Of a DNA stretch of 55,339 nucleotides, positions 1-10,041 are shown in pieces. Positions within the stretch are counted from its first letter, which is position 1. Each line of letters opens with the position of its first letter. The DNA is taken from the IMG/VR virus record IMGVR_UViG_3300035003_000007, positions 1-55,339 of that record. The stretch is one strand, 5' to 3'. Under the pieces are notes generated by a model, which was not told the DNA's origin, made no database searches, and saw only the letters and a list, made by a program, of their open reading frames with translations. Source of the DNA: a virus (taxonomy: Duplodnaviria; Caudoviricetes). A program made the translations under genes and the position numbers.

Positions 1-129
1 CACAAAGCGACGCAGCAGCACGCCCGCCGCGTCATACTCCGCCATCTCCTGCTCGCCAGACCACAGAACCTGCGTCACCACACCGTTCAGCGTCCGGCTT
101 CGACGCCGCCCCGCCGCGTCATACCGATA
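1..129 (-). pseudogene. Orphan Rhs/YD-repeat fragment (runs off the window edge)
   Basis: The minus strand translates to YRYDAAGRRRSRTLNGVVTQVLWSGEQEMAEYDAAGVLLRRFV, typical of the end of an Rhs core. An in-frame TAA (130-132) lies directly upstream, so it is not the continuation of a full-length rhs gene. Not in the ORF track. Confidence 0.75.
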
Positions 130-160
130 TTAACAAGCAAAAACCCATTGCGATCATCGG

Positions 161-3100
161 CTACAACCACCGGTCCGGCGGACGTCCCGTCCAACCAATT
201 CGCTCCAGGATGGATAGTGCACGCACGCGTACCTGTTCCGCTTCGCGCGCGCGCCCGGCTCCCTCATAAGCATCGGCCAAACCCAAAAGGACGCCAGCGA
301 CAGCAGGCCTGTCGAGGCGTGGGTCAGTCGCTGTCGCCTCAGCAAGTGCGGCTTCGAATGCTTCGACTGCGGCGGGTATCCGATGCTGCATCAAGCGTAT
401 GCGACCGGTTATCGCACTTGCCGTTGCCAAGCCAGCGCGGTCCGGTGGGTTAGCTGTGGCGAGCAGGGCACGGTACCGCGCCAGATCGCCCTCAGCTTCG
501 CTAAGCTGTCCTGCCCAGGCGGCGATGAGGGCACCAATCCGCGCATCGTCAGCAGCCATCTGGCCACTACGTTCGACGGATGGAAACGCACGCGCCGCGC
601 CAAGCGCAACTAGCGCCTCAGCCGGCTTGTCGTTGGCAAGCTTTGCCATCGCCGACCGGAGCAGGAGCGCAACGCGCGCGATATCTGGCGGGAGTCCTGC
701 CGCCTCGTGTGCCGCGACTGCTGCAACCGCGAGACGTTCGGCTTCCACGACGTCGCCACGCCCAGCTGCGACGTTCGCGGCTGCCGACAGCAGCGCGACG
801 CGACGTGGATCGCGCGGCTGGAGACTGCGCTCCATTGAGGCCATGGCCCCGCTGGCGATCGCCTGCGCTTCAGCGCCTCTACCCTGGCCCGACAATAATT
901 CGGCAAGTGCCAGCTTGAGGAATTCCATCGTGGGCGTGCCTGCAGGCAATCGCGCTTGACCCGCCGTGAGCTCATTCCGGTAGATTCGCTCAACCTCGGC
1001 CGTGCGTCCCATGTTTTGAAGAATTCCAGCCATCACCAGGCGGATTTCGCCAGCCCATGGATGAGCCTGGCCAAAGCCTGCCTCAACAACAGTCAGGGCG
1101 CGCTGTGCCTGCGCCAGCGATTCTGTCCTCTGCAGAGAAGCATCCTGGGTTCGGGCCAGGCCGAGCAGCGGAGAAACGACGTCGAAACGTCCATCCGTCC
1201 CGCGCGCCTCCGCTGCGTGCAGCGCCAAGCCGAACTCGTTCTCGGCCTCGCCAGTTCGTCCCGCCGCCAGCAGCGCTTGGCCAAACCCAATGCGTGAAGC
1301 GATCACCTGCGGGTGCGCCTCCGAATGCACCGAAGTCAGGATCTCGATTGCCCGACGCGAAAGCGCCAGCGCCTCCTCCGTCCGGCCGGCCTCGAGCGCC
1401 CTGCCGCTCAGCGCGGAAAGGGCGGCGCCGACGGCCGAGTGGCGTGGGCCAAATGCCCCTTCTAGGATGGCCAGGATACGACGCCGAAGCGCTTCTGCTT
1501 CCGCATCTTGCCCTAGCATGGCACGCAGCGATGCGAGCGGCGCAAGCGCATCGGTGAGGTCCGGGTGGACCGGCCCGAGTGCCGCCTCGGCCAACGCGAC
1601 GCCGCGCTCGATGAGGGGAGCCGCTTCGGTCACGCGCCCTTCCCCAAGGAACGCCGAGCCCAGGTTTGAATAGCCGCGCGCCCTCTCCGGGTCGTTCGGT
1701 GCGAAGCCGCGCTCGCGCAATTCAAGCGACCGGCTGAACAGCAGAATCGCATCGTTGGGCTGCCCGACGGCGAGCAAGGCAAGCGCGAGCACGTTCAGTA
1801 CCGGTGCGATCGCCGGGTTGTCGCCGCCATCCAACACCTCTGCCATCGCTAGAGCCTCGCGTCCCGCAGAGATCGCCTCAGACGTGCGCCCCGCCCGCCG
1901 CAGCGTGGTCGAGAGGTTCGTCAAGATATTCTGGCGTGCAGTCGTTGGTCCAAGGGACGCGTGCCCCGCGGCTTTAAGGGCAGCACCGAAGCCGGCCTCC
2001 GCATCAGCCAGCCGCCCGAGTGCCAGGGCAGCCATGGCGCCCTGGTTCCTGGCTTGAGCGAGATCATTGGGATAGCGCCCGCCGCCGAAGCGCGCGGCCG
2101 CCTCGGCCGCAAAGCGCTCCGCCTCCTCGTAGCGCGCATCCAGGCGTGCCAGGGCCGCGAGGTCAAAATACACGCCTCCAACGCGGGGATGATCGGCCGG
2201 GTACAGCGCCTGCGCGACGACAAGCTGACGGTCGAATGCCCGGCGCGCGCCCTCACGGTCATTGGCAGCGACGCGCGCTTGACCTTCCGCGCGGAGCGCA
2301 TCGAGCAGAAGGCGGTCCGGCGCTGCCCTGTTCGCTGCTGTCACCGCGCGGCCCGCCATAGCGAGGGCAAGTGCCGGCCTGCCGGAGCGACTTGCATAAT
2401 TGGCGAACTCGCTCAGAACGGCTACCGCCTGTCGAGGATCGCGGCGCGCCGCTGGTTGATCGATCAAACCGGACGCCTCGACGAGCCTCGCATCTGCCTC
2501 GGTGCGATCACCAGTCCGATCGGCCGCGATGGCCAGGTTGATCTGGATCTGCACAGCGAGAAGCCCGTTGGCACCGGCAGCGGCGGAGCGGAGGAGCATG
2601 ACGGCTTCGGGCGCCCGGCCAAGCAGGGAAAGCGCCTGAGCATGCCCCAAAAGATGCGCCGGTGACGGCTGGGCTACCGCAGCGAAGGTTGCCGCAGCGG
2701 CGGCATGGTCACCGGCTTCCATCTGCGCGAGGCCAAGCGAGGTTAGAGTTGCCGGCAAGTGAGGTTCGGCGGCGCGACCGAGCGCTGCCATATCGTCCCG
2801 CACCCTCGCAAGCAATGCCACTGCCTCGACAGGCCGGCCCTGACGGCGCGCTAACTCTCCACGCAGCCGAGCTGCGCGGAGAGACAGCAAATCTCCGGTG
2901 GACAGGGCGACCAGGATGCGGTCAAAGCGCGGCGGTATCGCAGCGGCTTCGTCCAGGGCAGAGCGGCTGAGTAGCACGTCTAGCAGCGTCACCAAAGCGC
3001 CAGCGACGGCGTCCTCGTCGCGGGGCGACTGCGCCTCGTGGATTGCCAGCGCGCGACGCAGCAGCGGATCAGCGACCATCATCTGGCCTTGCCGTATGCG

Positions 3101-4096
3101 GAGGTTCGCGAAATTCGTGAGTGTGAACGCCAGGGCGGGGCTCGACCGGTCACCAGCGATGTCACGCTGCGCTATTGCTTCCTCAAATGCTCTGGCGGCA
3201 TCTGTCCACTGCCCAGCCTCATCGAGGTTTACGCCAAGCGTATTGAGAGCCTCAGCAATCTGGAGTGGCATTGCCGGCGCGCGGCGCAGCAGCGCCACCG
3301 CCCGTCCGGCAAGAAGCGCGGCCTCAGCCGACTGCCCCTGGGCTCGCTTGAGAGAGGCGAGCCTCAGCAAGGGGAGAGCAAGGTCGTGATGGTCACGCCC
3401 GAGCCGTGCCTCCTTGTCTGACAGCAAAGTCGCAATCAGCGCCACAGCCTCCGCTGGACGGTCCTGTTGCATCAGCACTTCAGAAAGGTTGACCGTGGCG
3501 GCGTCGTAAGTTGGGTCAGACTGGCGGTTTGCGGCTTCAAGCACGCGCACTGCCTCGCGCGCCGCATCCTCTGCGTCCAGCCAGCGACGCTGCGTGAGGA
3601 GCGCGAACGCCATGGCGTTGAGAACTGCGGGCAACATTTCCGGCTGCTGCTGAGCGAGGGCGCGGGCAGCAGGTAGCGCCGGCCGAAGAATGGCATCCGC
3701 ATCGCCCGGACGCCCCTGCCGGACAATGATATGCGCAAGTTGCTGGCGCAGCATGACGTGCCACGGGCTCGGCGGAGGGTAGGCAGCTTCCGCCATCGCG
3801 AGCGTATCGCGGTACAGGCGCTCCGCGGTGTCGAGTTCGCCCCTCGCAAGAGCCACCGCGCCAAGGCGATGCCTCGCGGGTACCAGGCAAAAGGGCGCAA
3901 GATCGCCAAGCTGCGGGCAGATGGTCTCCGCCTCGCGCGCCAAGCGCTCGGCCGCTATCAGGTCGCCGGCAGCGCGACGGGCGTCAGACTGAAAGGAAAG
4001 CTGCCAGGAGCGCTGTAGCCGCGGGTCCGGAGCTTGGCCTTCGGCAGGTATCGCCCACGCTGCCAGCACCAAACCAACGACGCCAAAGCCGCGCAT
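161..4096 (-). CDS. Large secreted tetratricopeptide-repeat protein (~1310 aa, kinesin-light-chain-type TPRs)
   Basis: AGGAGG RBS before the ATG at 4096. Signal peptide MRGFGVVGLVLAAWAIPAEG-Q. Repeated helical pairs such as HHDLALPLLRLA, HPRVGGVYFDLA, DPERARGYSNLG, HPDLTDALAPLA. No CHAT, kinase or NTPase domain seen. Confidence 0.85.
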   Translation of the reverse strand: MRGFGVVGLVLAAWAIPAEGQAPDPRLQRSWQLSFQSDARRAAGDLIAAERLAREAETICPQLGDLAPFCLVPARHRLGAVALARGELDTAERLYRDTLAMAEAAYPPPSPWHVMLRQQLAHIIVRQGRPGDADAILRPALPAARALAQQQPEMLPAVLNAMAFALLTQRRWLDAEDAAREAVRVLEAANRQSDPTYDAATVNLSEVLMQQDRPAEAVALIATLLSDKEARLGRDHHDLALPLLRLASLKRAQGQSAEAALLAGRAVALLRRAPAMPLQIAEALNTLGVNLDEAGQWTDAARAFEEAIAQRDIAGDRSSPALAFTLTNFANLRIRQGQMMVADPLLRRALAIHEAQSPRDEDAVAGALVTLLDVLLSRSALDEAAAIPPRFDRILVALSTGDLLSLRAARLRGELARRQGRPVEAVALLARVRDDMAALGRAAEPHLPATLTSLGLAQMEAGDHAAAAATFAAVAQPSPAHLLGHAQALSLLGRAPEAVMLLRSAAAGANGLLAVQIQINLAIAADRTGDRTEADARLVEASGLIDQPAARRDPRQAVAVLSEFANYASRSGRPALALAMAGRAVTAANRAAPDRLLLDALRAEGQARVAANDREGARRAFDRQLVVAQALYPADHPRVGGVYFDLAALARLDARYEEAERFAAEAAARFGGGRYPNDLAQARNQGAMAALALGRLADAEAGFGAALKAAGHASLGPTTARQNILTNLSTTLRRAGRTSEAISAGREALAMAEVLDGGDNPAIAPVLNVLALALLAVGQPNDAILLFSRSLELRERGFAPNDPERARGYSNLGSAFLGEGRVTEAAPLIERGVALAEAALGPVHPDLTDALAPLASLRAMLGQDAEAEALRRRILAILEGAFGPRHSAVGAALSALSGRALEAGRTEEALALSRRAIEILTSVHSEAHPQVIASRIGFGQALLAAGRTGEAENEFGLALHAAEARGTDGRFDVVSPLLGLARTQDASLQRTESLAQAQRALTVVEAGFGQAHPWAGEIRLVMAGILQNMGRTAEVERIYRNELTAGQARLPAGTPTMEFLKLALAELLSGQGRGAEAQAIASGAMASMERSLQPRDPRRVALLSAAANVAAGRGDVVEAERLAVAAVAAHEAAGLPPDIARVALLLRSAMAKLANDKPAEALVALGAARAFPSVERSGQMAADDARIGALIAAWAGQLSEAEGDLARYRALLATANPPDRAGLATASAITGRIRLMQHRIPAAVEAFEAALAEATATDPRLDRPAVAGVLLGLADAYEGAGRAREAEQVRVRALSILERIGWTGRPPDRWL

Positions 4097-4263
4097 CAAA
4101 CCTCCTGGCACATACGGAAGTCGCCGTCAGGTGGGATCGAAGTAGCAGATTTCATTGCAAGGCGGTGTTGTTTTCTTTCAGGAACTCTACGCTGCGCCCG
4201 CCTCCCTTAAGCGAACGGCATGCAAGCGGCCCTTCGAAGGAGGGCCACAAAGGACAGAACAGG

Positions 4264-4692
4264 TCACATCCGTATACCGTACCGCGTAGGCCAATCCGCT
4301 GCTGCTTTGCCTCGCATTGCCGATTCCCATTCCACTGGAAACGGCTCCATCAGCCCCGGCAGCGTCATCCCTTCGGGCTGCCGCCCGTACACGATCGCCT
4401 CCACCACCGCCGGCGCCAACAGCGTCAGGTTCAGCAACCGCCCGACATAGCCACGGTCGACCCCCTCGGCCTTCGCCAGTTCGCGGATTGAGCCATACCG
4501 CCCTTCCTCCAGCATCCGCCGCCACCGGAACGCCCGCGCCAGCGCCTTCACCAACGCCGGATCGCCGCGCGTGGTCATGACGCCAGCGCTGTCCGAACCG
4601 GCCTGCACCGCCGCCCCATCCGGCCCGATGATCTGCTTCCGCCCGCCGCGCCGCCGGATCGTCATGGGCACCACCACCGTCACGCTGGTCAT
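4264..4692 (-). CDS. Conserved recombinase-associated protein with HTH-like segment
   Basis: ATG at 4692 overlaps the recombinase stop (ATGA). Contains MTIRRRGGRKQII and ALARAFRWRRMLEEGRYGSIRELAKAEGVDRGYVGRLLNLTLLAP, a sequence type usually found after or fused to these serine recombinases. Confidence 0.75.
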   Translation of the reverse strand: MTSVTVVVPMTIRRRGGRKQIIGPDGAAVQAGSDSAGVMTTRGDPALVKALARAFRWRRMLEEGRYGSIRELAKAEGVDRGYVGRLLNLTLLAPAVVEAIVYGRQPEGMTLPGLMEPFPVEWESAMRGKAAADWPTRYGIRM

Positions 4693-6013
4693 GCCGCAAT
4701 CCCCTCCCCTTTCGCTGCCATGTCCCGCGCCAGCCCGGCCAGCCCTTCCAGATTCAGCCGGATCTGCGCGCCGGCGTCGCCGACCGTCACGCGCTCGACC
4801 AGCAGCCGCACGATCCGCTCCTGCTCGCCGGGGAACAACTCGTCCCACAGCGGGTCGAGCCGCCCGAGTGCGTCGCGCACTTCGGCCTCAGTCACATCAG
4901 GCGCCTCGGCACGCGCTGCGCGCCACGTGCCGACGATGACCTCCGGCTGGCGGAGCAGGGCGCGGACCTGGGCCATCACCAGCCCCTCGACCTCGCCCGC
5001 AGGCAGCCGCCGATGCGGCGCGTCGTTCGCGCCACCCTGCAGCACCGCCTGGCTGACGTAGTAGCGGTAGAGCCGTCCGCCCTTGCGCGTGTAGGTCGGC
5101 GACATCGCCCGCCCGTCCGGACCGAACAGCAGGCCGCGGAGCAAGGAGGGCGCGCCGGCGCGGTTCTTCGCGCCACGCTCGCGCGGGCTTTCCTGCAGGA
5201 TGGCGTGCACACGATCCCACAGCGTCTGCGAGATGATGGCCACGTGCTCGCCGGGATGGGATGTCCCCTTGTGCACCGCCTCGCCGACGTAGACCCGGTT
5301 CACCAGCAGCTTGTAGAGCGCGCCCTTGTCGAAGGGGCGGCCAGTCTTCGTCAACAGCCCCTCGGCGCGCAGCAACGGCAGCAGCTTGGTGGCGGAGCCG
5401 ATCTCGGCGAAGCCCTCGAACACGCGCCGCACCGTCGCCGCAGCAGCCTCGTCCACCAGCAGCTTGCGATTCTCGACGCGATAGCCGAGCGGCACTGGCC
5501 CGCCCATCCACATGCCCCGCGCGCGAGAGGCGGCGATCTTGTCCCTCACCCGCTCGCCGATTAATTCTCGCTCATACTGCGCGAAGCTGAGCAGCATGTT
5601 GAGCGTCAGCCGCCCCATGCTCGTGGTCGTGTTCAGCGACTGCGTAATCGCAACAAACGTGACCTCGTGCGCCTCGAAGATCTCGACCAGCTTCGCGAAG
5701 TCCATCAGCGATCGGGACAGCCGGTCCACTTTATAGACCAGCACGACGTCCACCAGCCCGGCCTCGATGTCGGCCAGCAGCCGCTTCAGCGCTGGGCGCT
5801 CCAGCGTGCCGCCACTGACCCCGCCATCGTCGTAGCGGTCGTGCACCAGCACCCAGCCCTCGGAGCGCTGCGACGCGATGAACGCCTCGCATGCCTCGCG
5901 CTGCGCCTCGAGCGAGTTGAACTCCTTCTCCAGCCCCTCGTCGGTCGACTTCCGGGTGTAGACGGCGCAGCGGAGCTTGCGCACCTTCGCCGGCATGGCG
6001 GCATCGCGGCGGG

Positions 6014-6017
<4 letters not shown>
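4689..6017 (-). CDS. Large serine recombinase (resolvase + recombinase domains); probable integrase
   Basis: RCAVYTRKST catalytic serine motif, DRLSR, and FAQYERE...ERVRDKIAASRARGMWMGG. Start placed at the ATG 6017 overlapping the upstream stop. Confidence 0.93.
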
Positions 6018-6501
<484 letters not shown>

Positions 6502-6505
<4 letters not shown>

Positions 6506-6735
6506 GCGTCTCCCTTTCTCCTGGGGTTCGCACGAAGGCGCTGGCCGGGCACGGAGTGTAGTCGAACCACCCTCTCACTGCCGGCCGCGCGGGCCGCTTC
6601 CTCGGCAGCGCGGCTGCGGAGCCGCAGGAGCCCCCGGGCAAGCAGGTCACAGACCTCCTGGAGGTGGGGCGGGAGGTGGGGGTTCTGGGATATCGCAGAT
6701 CGGTCCGGGCTGGGGTGCGATGACATGGCAGGCAC
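6502..6735 (-). CDS. Small hypothetical protein upstream of DUF2924
   Basis: Stop overlaps the DUF2924 start; contains LQEVCDLLARGLLRLRSR. Start uncertain. Confidence 0.6.
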
Positions 6736-6796
6736 ATCGCCTGCTCGGGCCGCGGCCCGCCACCTTGGAGCCGGTCTACCCGCCTGCGGAACCGAA

Positions 6797-6815
6797 GGGT
6801 TGACCCCTTCAACCC
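6797..6815. promoter_or_regulatory. Palindromic operator-like site GGGTTGA-N5-TCAACCC
   Basis: Perfect 7-bp inverted repeat in the divergent intergenic region, with related copies at 7581-7599 and 7615-7633. Confidence 0.55.
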
Positions 6816-6822
6816 GGCCGAT

Positions 6823-6837
6823 GTTCGGTATATGTTC
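6823..6837 (+). promoter_or_regulatory. Alphaproteobacterial LexA (SOS) box GTTC-N7-GTTC
   Basis: GTTC-GGTATAT-GTTC is an exact consensus match, ending 43 bp upstream of the ATG at 6881 and overlapping a TATATG -10-like element. Confidence 0.75.
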
Positions 6838-6880
6838 CTGTCACTACACCTCCCACCCCCAGCCTGGACACCTCCCCACC

Positions 6881-7564
6881 ATGCTGATCGAACAGCTCGA
6901 CCGAACCCTATGGACCCTGGGCCAGGCGCATAGCCACGTCAGAGATTTGGTCGCTGCGCATCTACAAGCGGATCCGGAACGTCTGGCGCAAGCGCTCCGC
7001 CCCGGACGCTCATGGGGCCCACCACTCAATCTGAGCGAGGTCACCACCCCTGTCGCGTGGGAGGAAATTCAGATCGCTCTACGAGACGGCGATCTTCATG
7101 CCGTCGGCCGACTCTCCACGGAACGCGCTGCTTCGTGGTCTTCCGAGCACGACGGATGGCGGTTCCACTCCGGACGCCACAGCTCCATCACCCCTGAGCA
7201 GTGGCGGGCGGGCCAACCCAGCCGATCGGCCAACGCCCTTAATCTGCTCGAAGGCCACTTCATCGACATCCGCGTACCCCGCTTCATGGTGCTTGCGATC
7301 TGGCCTGTTGCACCCGAGCCGGCGCCGATCCCAGGGCCTGCCGACACTGATGCGTATGAAACGCCGTACATGAAGCTGCTCAAACAGGGAGTGGCCGACA
7401 ACGGGATATCGGAGCGATACCAGGGGAAGAAGGAGCTGCTGTCGGAGTGGTTCCGCGGGCAAACCGTCGATGGGGAACCGATCTCGCAGAATCTTGCCGA
7501 CGTGATGGCAACGCTGATCAGACTTCCAGCTTCGCAGCGCGGCGGCGCGAAGCGAGCCTTCTAG
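6881..7564 (+). CDS. Hypothetical protein, candidate SOS-controlled phage regulator
   Basis: 227 aa from MLIEQLDRTLW. It is the first gene of the rightward transcript, in the position normally held by cI/cro. Helical C-terminal domain YETPYMKLL...SQNLADVMATLIRLP. Confidence 0.7.
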   Translation: MLIEQLDRTLWTLGQAHSHVRDLVAAHLQADPERLAQALRPGRSWGPPLNLSEVTTPVAWEEIQIALRDGDLHAVGRLSTERAASWSSEHDGWRFHSGRHSSITPEQWRAGQPSRSANALNLLEGHFIDIRVPRFMVLAIWPVAPEPAPIPGPADTDAYETPYMKLLKQGVADNGISERYQGKKELLSEWFRGQTVDGEPISQNLADVMATLIRLPASQRGGAKRAF

Positions 7565-7580
7565 CATTGCAGCAGGCCTT

Positions 7581-7633
7581 GGATTGAACGGTTCCACCCG
7601 TCGTCGTCGTCGACGGGTGGACCGGCTCCAAGG
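7581..7633. promoter_or_regulatory. Two tandem operator-like sites forming an 11-bp inverted repeat
   Basis: GGATTGA-ACGGT-TCCACCC (7581-7599) and GGGTGGA-CCGGC-TCCAAGG (7615-7633). TCCACCCGTCG and CGACGGGTGGA form a perfect inverted repeat. Confidence 0.5.
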
Positions 7634-7694
7634 CAGCGTGCCGAAAAATCCGGCGCTTTGATGCGGCCTCTCACCACCGAGGGGACTGCACAGC

Positions 7695-8075
7695 GTGTCC
7701 AACATCTCCCGAATTGCTTCTTTCGACAGGGACGCGAGGCCGCGGCCTGCAGCGCTGGAGTTCGCGACCGACGTCGCCACTCTTTGTGAGCTTCTGACCA
7801 ACGCGCCGCCGGGCGGGTCCATCGCGTATCACGTCGGCGCGCTGGCGCGCGACCGCTACCCGAATCTTTCAACGCTATCCGACGCGCGCCGCCGGCAACT
7901 CAATGAGGTTGCCGACTATGTGCTGCGCCTCGCCGCCGCTGGGCGCGTCAACCTGACGCAGCGCCGGCTTGGCGAGGAACGCTTCCTCTACCTCATGGAA
8001 GTTCGACGCCAGCCACGCTCCGCGCCCACGGTGCATGGGCGTCCGCACGCATGCCTAATTGAGGAGGCGGCGTGA
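7695..8075 (+). CDS. Hypothetical phage protein
   Basis: PPGGSIAYHVGALARDR...GRVNLTQRRLG; stop overlaps the next start. Confidence 0.7.
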   Translation: MSNISRIASFDRDARPRPAALEFATDVATLCELLTNAPPGGSIAYHVGALARDRYPNLSTLSDARRRQLNEVADYVLRLAAAGRVNLTQRRLGEERFLYLMEVRRQPRSAPTVHGRPHACLIEEAA

Positions 8076-8497
8076 TGGGCAAGGCCTCGCGCGACAAGGG
8101 GATGCGGCGCGAGCGTGCGCTGGTCGAGATTCACACGAAGTGCGGCATCCATGCCGAGCGCGTGCCGCTGTCTGGCGCGACGCACTACCAGGGGAACGGC
8201 GCCGACATCGACCTCCATGTGCGCGGGCCACAGCCGCTGAAGGCTGAGGTCAAGGCGCGTGGCGAGGGCAACGGCTTCAAGACCTTGCACCGCTGGCTTG
8301 GCGACAACGACGCGCTGTTCCTGTGGCGCGACCGCGCTGCGCCCTTCGTCGTGCTGCCGCTGCATGTCTGGCTCGAGATCGCCGGCCGCAGCGCACGGCT
8401 CGATGCCGACCTTGACGCCGATCGCCGCGAGCGCCGCGACGGCATCGAGAACGGCCCCGTCCCGTCGAATGACGCCGTCGCTCGGAGCGCCGCGTGA
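8072..8497 (+). CDS. PD-(D/E)XK Holliday junction resolvase-like nuclease
   Basis: MGKASRDKGMRRERA...SGA...GADIDL...AEVKAR matches the Hjc-like phage pattern. Confidence 0.75.
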   Translation: MMGKASRDKGMRRERALVEIHTKCGIHAERVPLSGATHYQGNGADIDLHVRGPQPLKAEVKARGEGNGFKTLHRWLGDNDALFLWRDRAAPFVVLPLHVWLEIAGRSARLDADLDADRRERRDGIENGPVPSNDAVARSAA

Positions 8498-8607
8498 TGC
8501 GCCGCCACGTCCTCGAGGCGCTGCGCCTCTTGCTCGGCGGCGTGCTGTTCGCCGCGAGCGTCATCGCCCTGCTCTGGGCTGCCGAACTCCTGGAGGTGAC
8601 ACGATGA
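8497..8607 (+). CDS. 36-aa single-pass membrane peptide
   Basis: MRRHVLEALRLLLGGVLFAASVIALLWAAELLEVTR. Coupled on both sides (TGATG at 8495-8499, ATGA at 8604-8607). Below the ORF-track size cutoff. Confidence 0.65.
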   Translation: MRRHVLEALRLLLGGVLFAASVIALLWAAELLEVTR

Positions 8608-9080
8608 GCAACCGCACCACCCTGGCGCAACTGCGCGACATGACGGCGGCGCAGGCCGCACGCCTGCCCGTCGATCATCTGGCGCTGCTGCTGGAAGAGA
8701 TCGGGGCGCTGAAGGCCGACGCCAAGCATCTCGCCGACCTGCTGCATGACGCCCTGCATGCCCGCTACGGCGCCGCCGCCGCCGCGACCCGTCGCGCCGA
8801 GGGGAAGGACACCGGCCGTGTCCGCATCGCGGATGACGCCTTCGAGGTCGTCGCCGACTTGCCGAAAAAAGCGGCGTGGGACCAGCCGAAGCTGGCCGCG
8901 GCGGTCGCCACCATCGTGGCGTGGGGCGAGGACCCTGCCGACTACGTCACCACCGAGATCCGCGTGCCGGAAAGCCGCTTCACGGCCTGGCCGCCGCGCA
9001 TCCGCGCCGTCTTCGAGCCGGCGCGAACCGTCGCCACTGGCCGCCCCTCTTACACCCTCGAACAGAAGGACGCCGCGTGA
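8604..9080 (+). CDS. Hypothetical phage protein
   Basis: MSNRTTLAQL...GKDTGRVRI...DLPKKAAWDQPKL; GGAGG RBS and translational coupling. Confidence 0.8.
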   Translation: MSNRTTLAQLRDMTAAQAARLPVDHLALLLEEIGALKADAKHLADLLHDALHARYGAAAAATRRAEGKDTGRVRIADDAFEVVADLPKKAAWDQPKLAAAVATIVAWGEDPADYVTTEIRVPESRFTAWPPRIRAVFEPARTVATGRPSYTLEQKDAA

Positions 9081-9268
9081 TGGCGCACGAACTCCGCATC
9101 CAGGTCGTCATCCCATTGCAGGGCGATGCCGTCGCCCGCGCGAAGGACGTGGCTGCCTTCGAGCCGACGCTCGACGGCTTCACCGAAGTCGTCGCCCGCG
9201 CCGGCGGTGAAATCAAGGTGGACGTCATCAAGGCCAAGCCGCGCGCCGCAAAGCAGGAGACGCACTGA
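9080..9268 (+). CDS. Small hypothetical protein
   Basis: MAHELRIQVVIP, 62 aa; TGATG coupling at both ends. Confidence 0.65.
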   Translation: MAHELRIQVVIPLQGDAVARAKDVAAFEPTLDGFTEVVARAGGEIKVDVIKAKPRAAKQETH

Positions 9269-10038
9269 TGGCGATCTCCCTCGCATCCCTGCGCACCAGC
9301 ACCAGCCTCACGCCACCGCGGCTGCTCACCTATGGCGTGGCCGGCGTCGGCAAGACGCTCTTCGCGACGTCGGCGCCGCGTCCCGCTGTCATCCAGACAG
9401 AGGATGGGCTTGGCACCATCAGCGCGTCCACCTTCGGCGTGCTGCGCAGCTTCGACGAGGTGATGGAGGCAATCAGCAGCCTCTATTCCGAGCCGCATGA
9501 CTTCCAGACCGTCGTCGTTGACAGCCTGGACTGGCTGGAGCCGCTGATCTGGCAACACACCGCGCAGCTTCACAACCAGCCGAACATCGAGGCCTTCGGC
9601 TACGGCAAGGGTTACGCGGCCGCAGCCGACACGTGGCGCAGCGTCCTCGAAGGGCTGAACGCCCTGCGCGACGAGCGCGGCATGGCGGTGATCCTGCTCG
9701 CCCACGCTGAGATCAAGCGCTTCGACAGCCCTGAGACCGAACCCTACGACCGCTATCAGCCGAAGCTCCACCGCAGTGCATCCGCGCTGGTGCAGGAGCA
9801 TGTCGATGCCGTGCTCTTCGCGAATTATCGCGTCACCACCATGAAGTCGGACGTCGGCTTCAACAAGAAAGTGGTGCGCGGTGTCAGCGGCGGCGACCGC
9901 CTGCTGCACACCGTCGAGCGCCCGGCCTTCCTCGCGAAGAACCGCTTCGGCCTGCCGGAGACGCTGCCGCTCTCCTGGCCCGACTTCGCCGCCGCCGTCC
10001 CCTTCTACGCCAACGCCACCCCGAGCCCGCGGAGCTGA
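9268..10038 (+). CDS. AAA_24 family ATPase (Sak4-like single-strand annealing protein)
   Basis: Walker A YGVAGVGKT, Walker B VVVDSLDWLE, FLAKNRF; next to DUF669. Confidence 0.85.
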   Translation: MAISLASLRTSTSLTPPRLLTYGVAGVGKTLFATSAPRPAVIQTEDGLGTISASTFGVLRSFDEVMEAISSLYSEPHDFQTVVVDSLDWLEPLIWQHTAQLHNQPNIEAFGYGKGYAAAADTWRSVLEGLNALRDERGMAVILLAHAEIKRFDSPETEPYDRYQPKLHRSASALVQEHVDAVLFANYRVTTMKSDVGFNKKVVRGVSGGDRLLHTVERPAFLAKNRFGLPETLPLSWPDFAAAVPFYANATPSPRS

Positions 10039-10041
10039 TCC

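Noticed and set aside
161-4096. NLR-like or CHAT/caspase-TPR defence protein
   Set aside because: No P-loop, TIR or CHAT catalytic motifs seen, and it has a signal peptide.
4100-4340. attL/attR direct repeat at the prophage ends
   Set aside because: No convincing match to the 53.6-54.3 kb region by eye. Serine recombinase cores are very short, so an empty-site comparison is needed.
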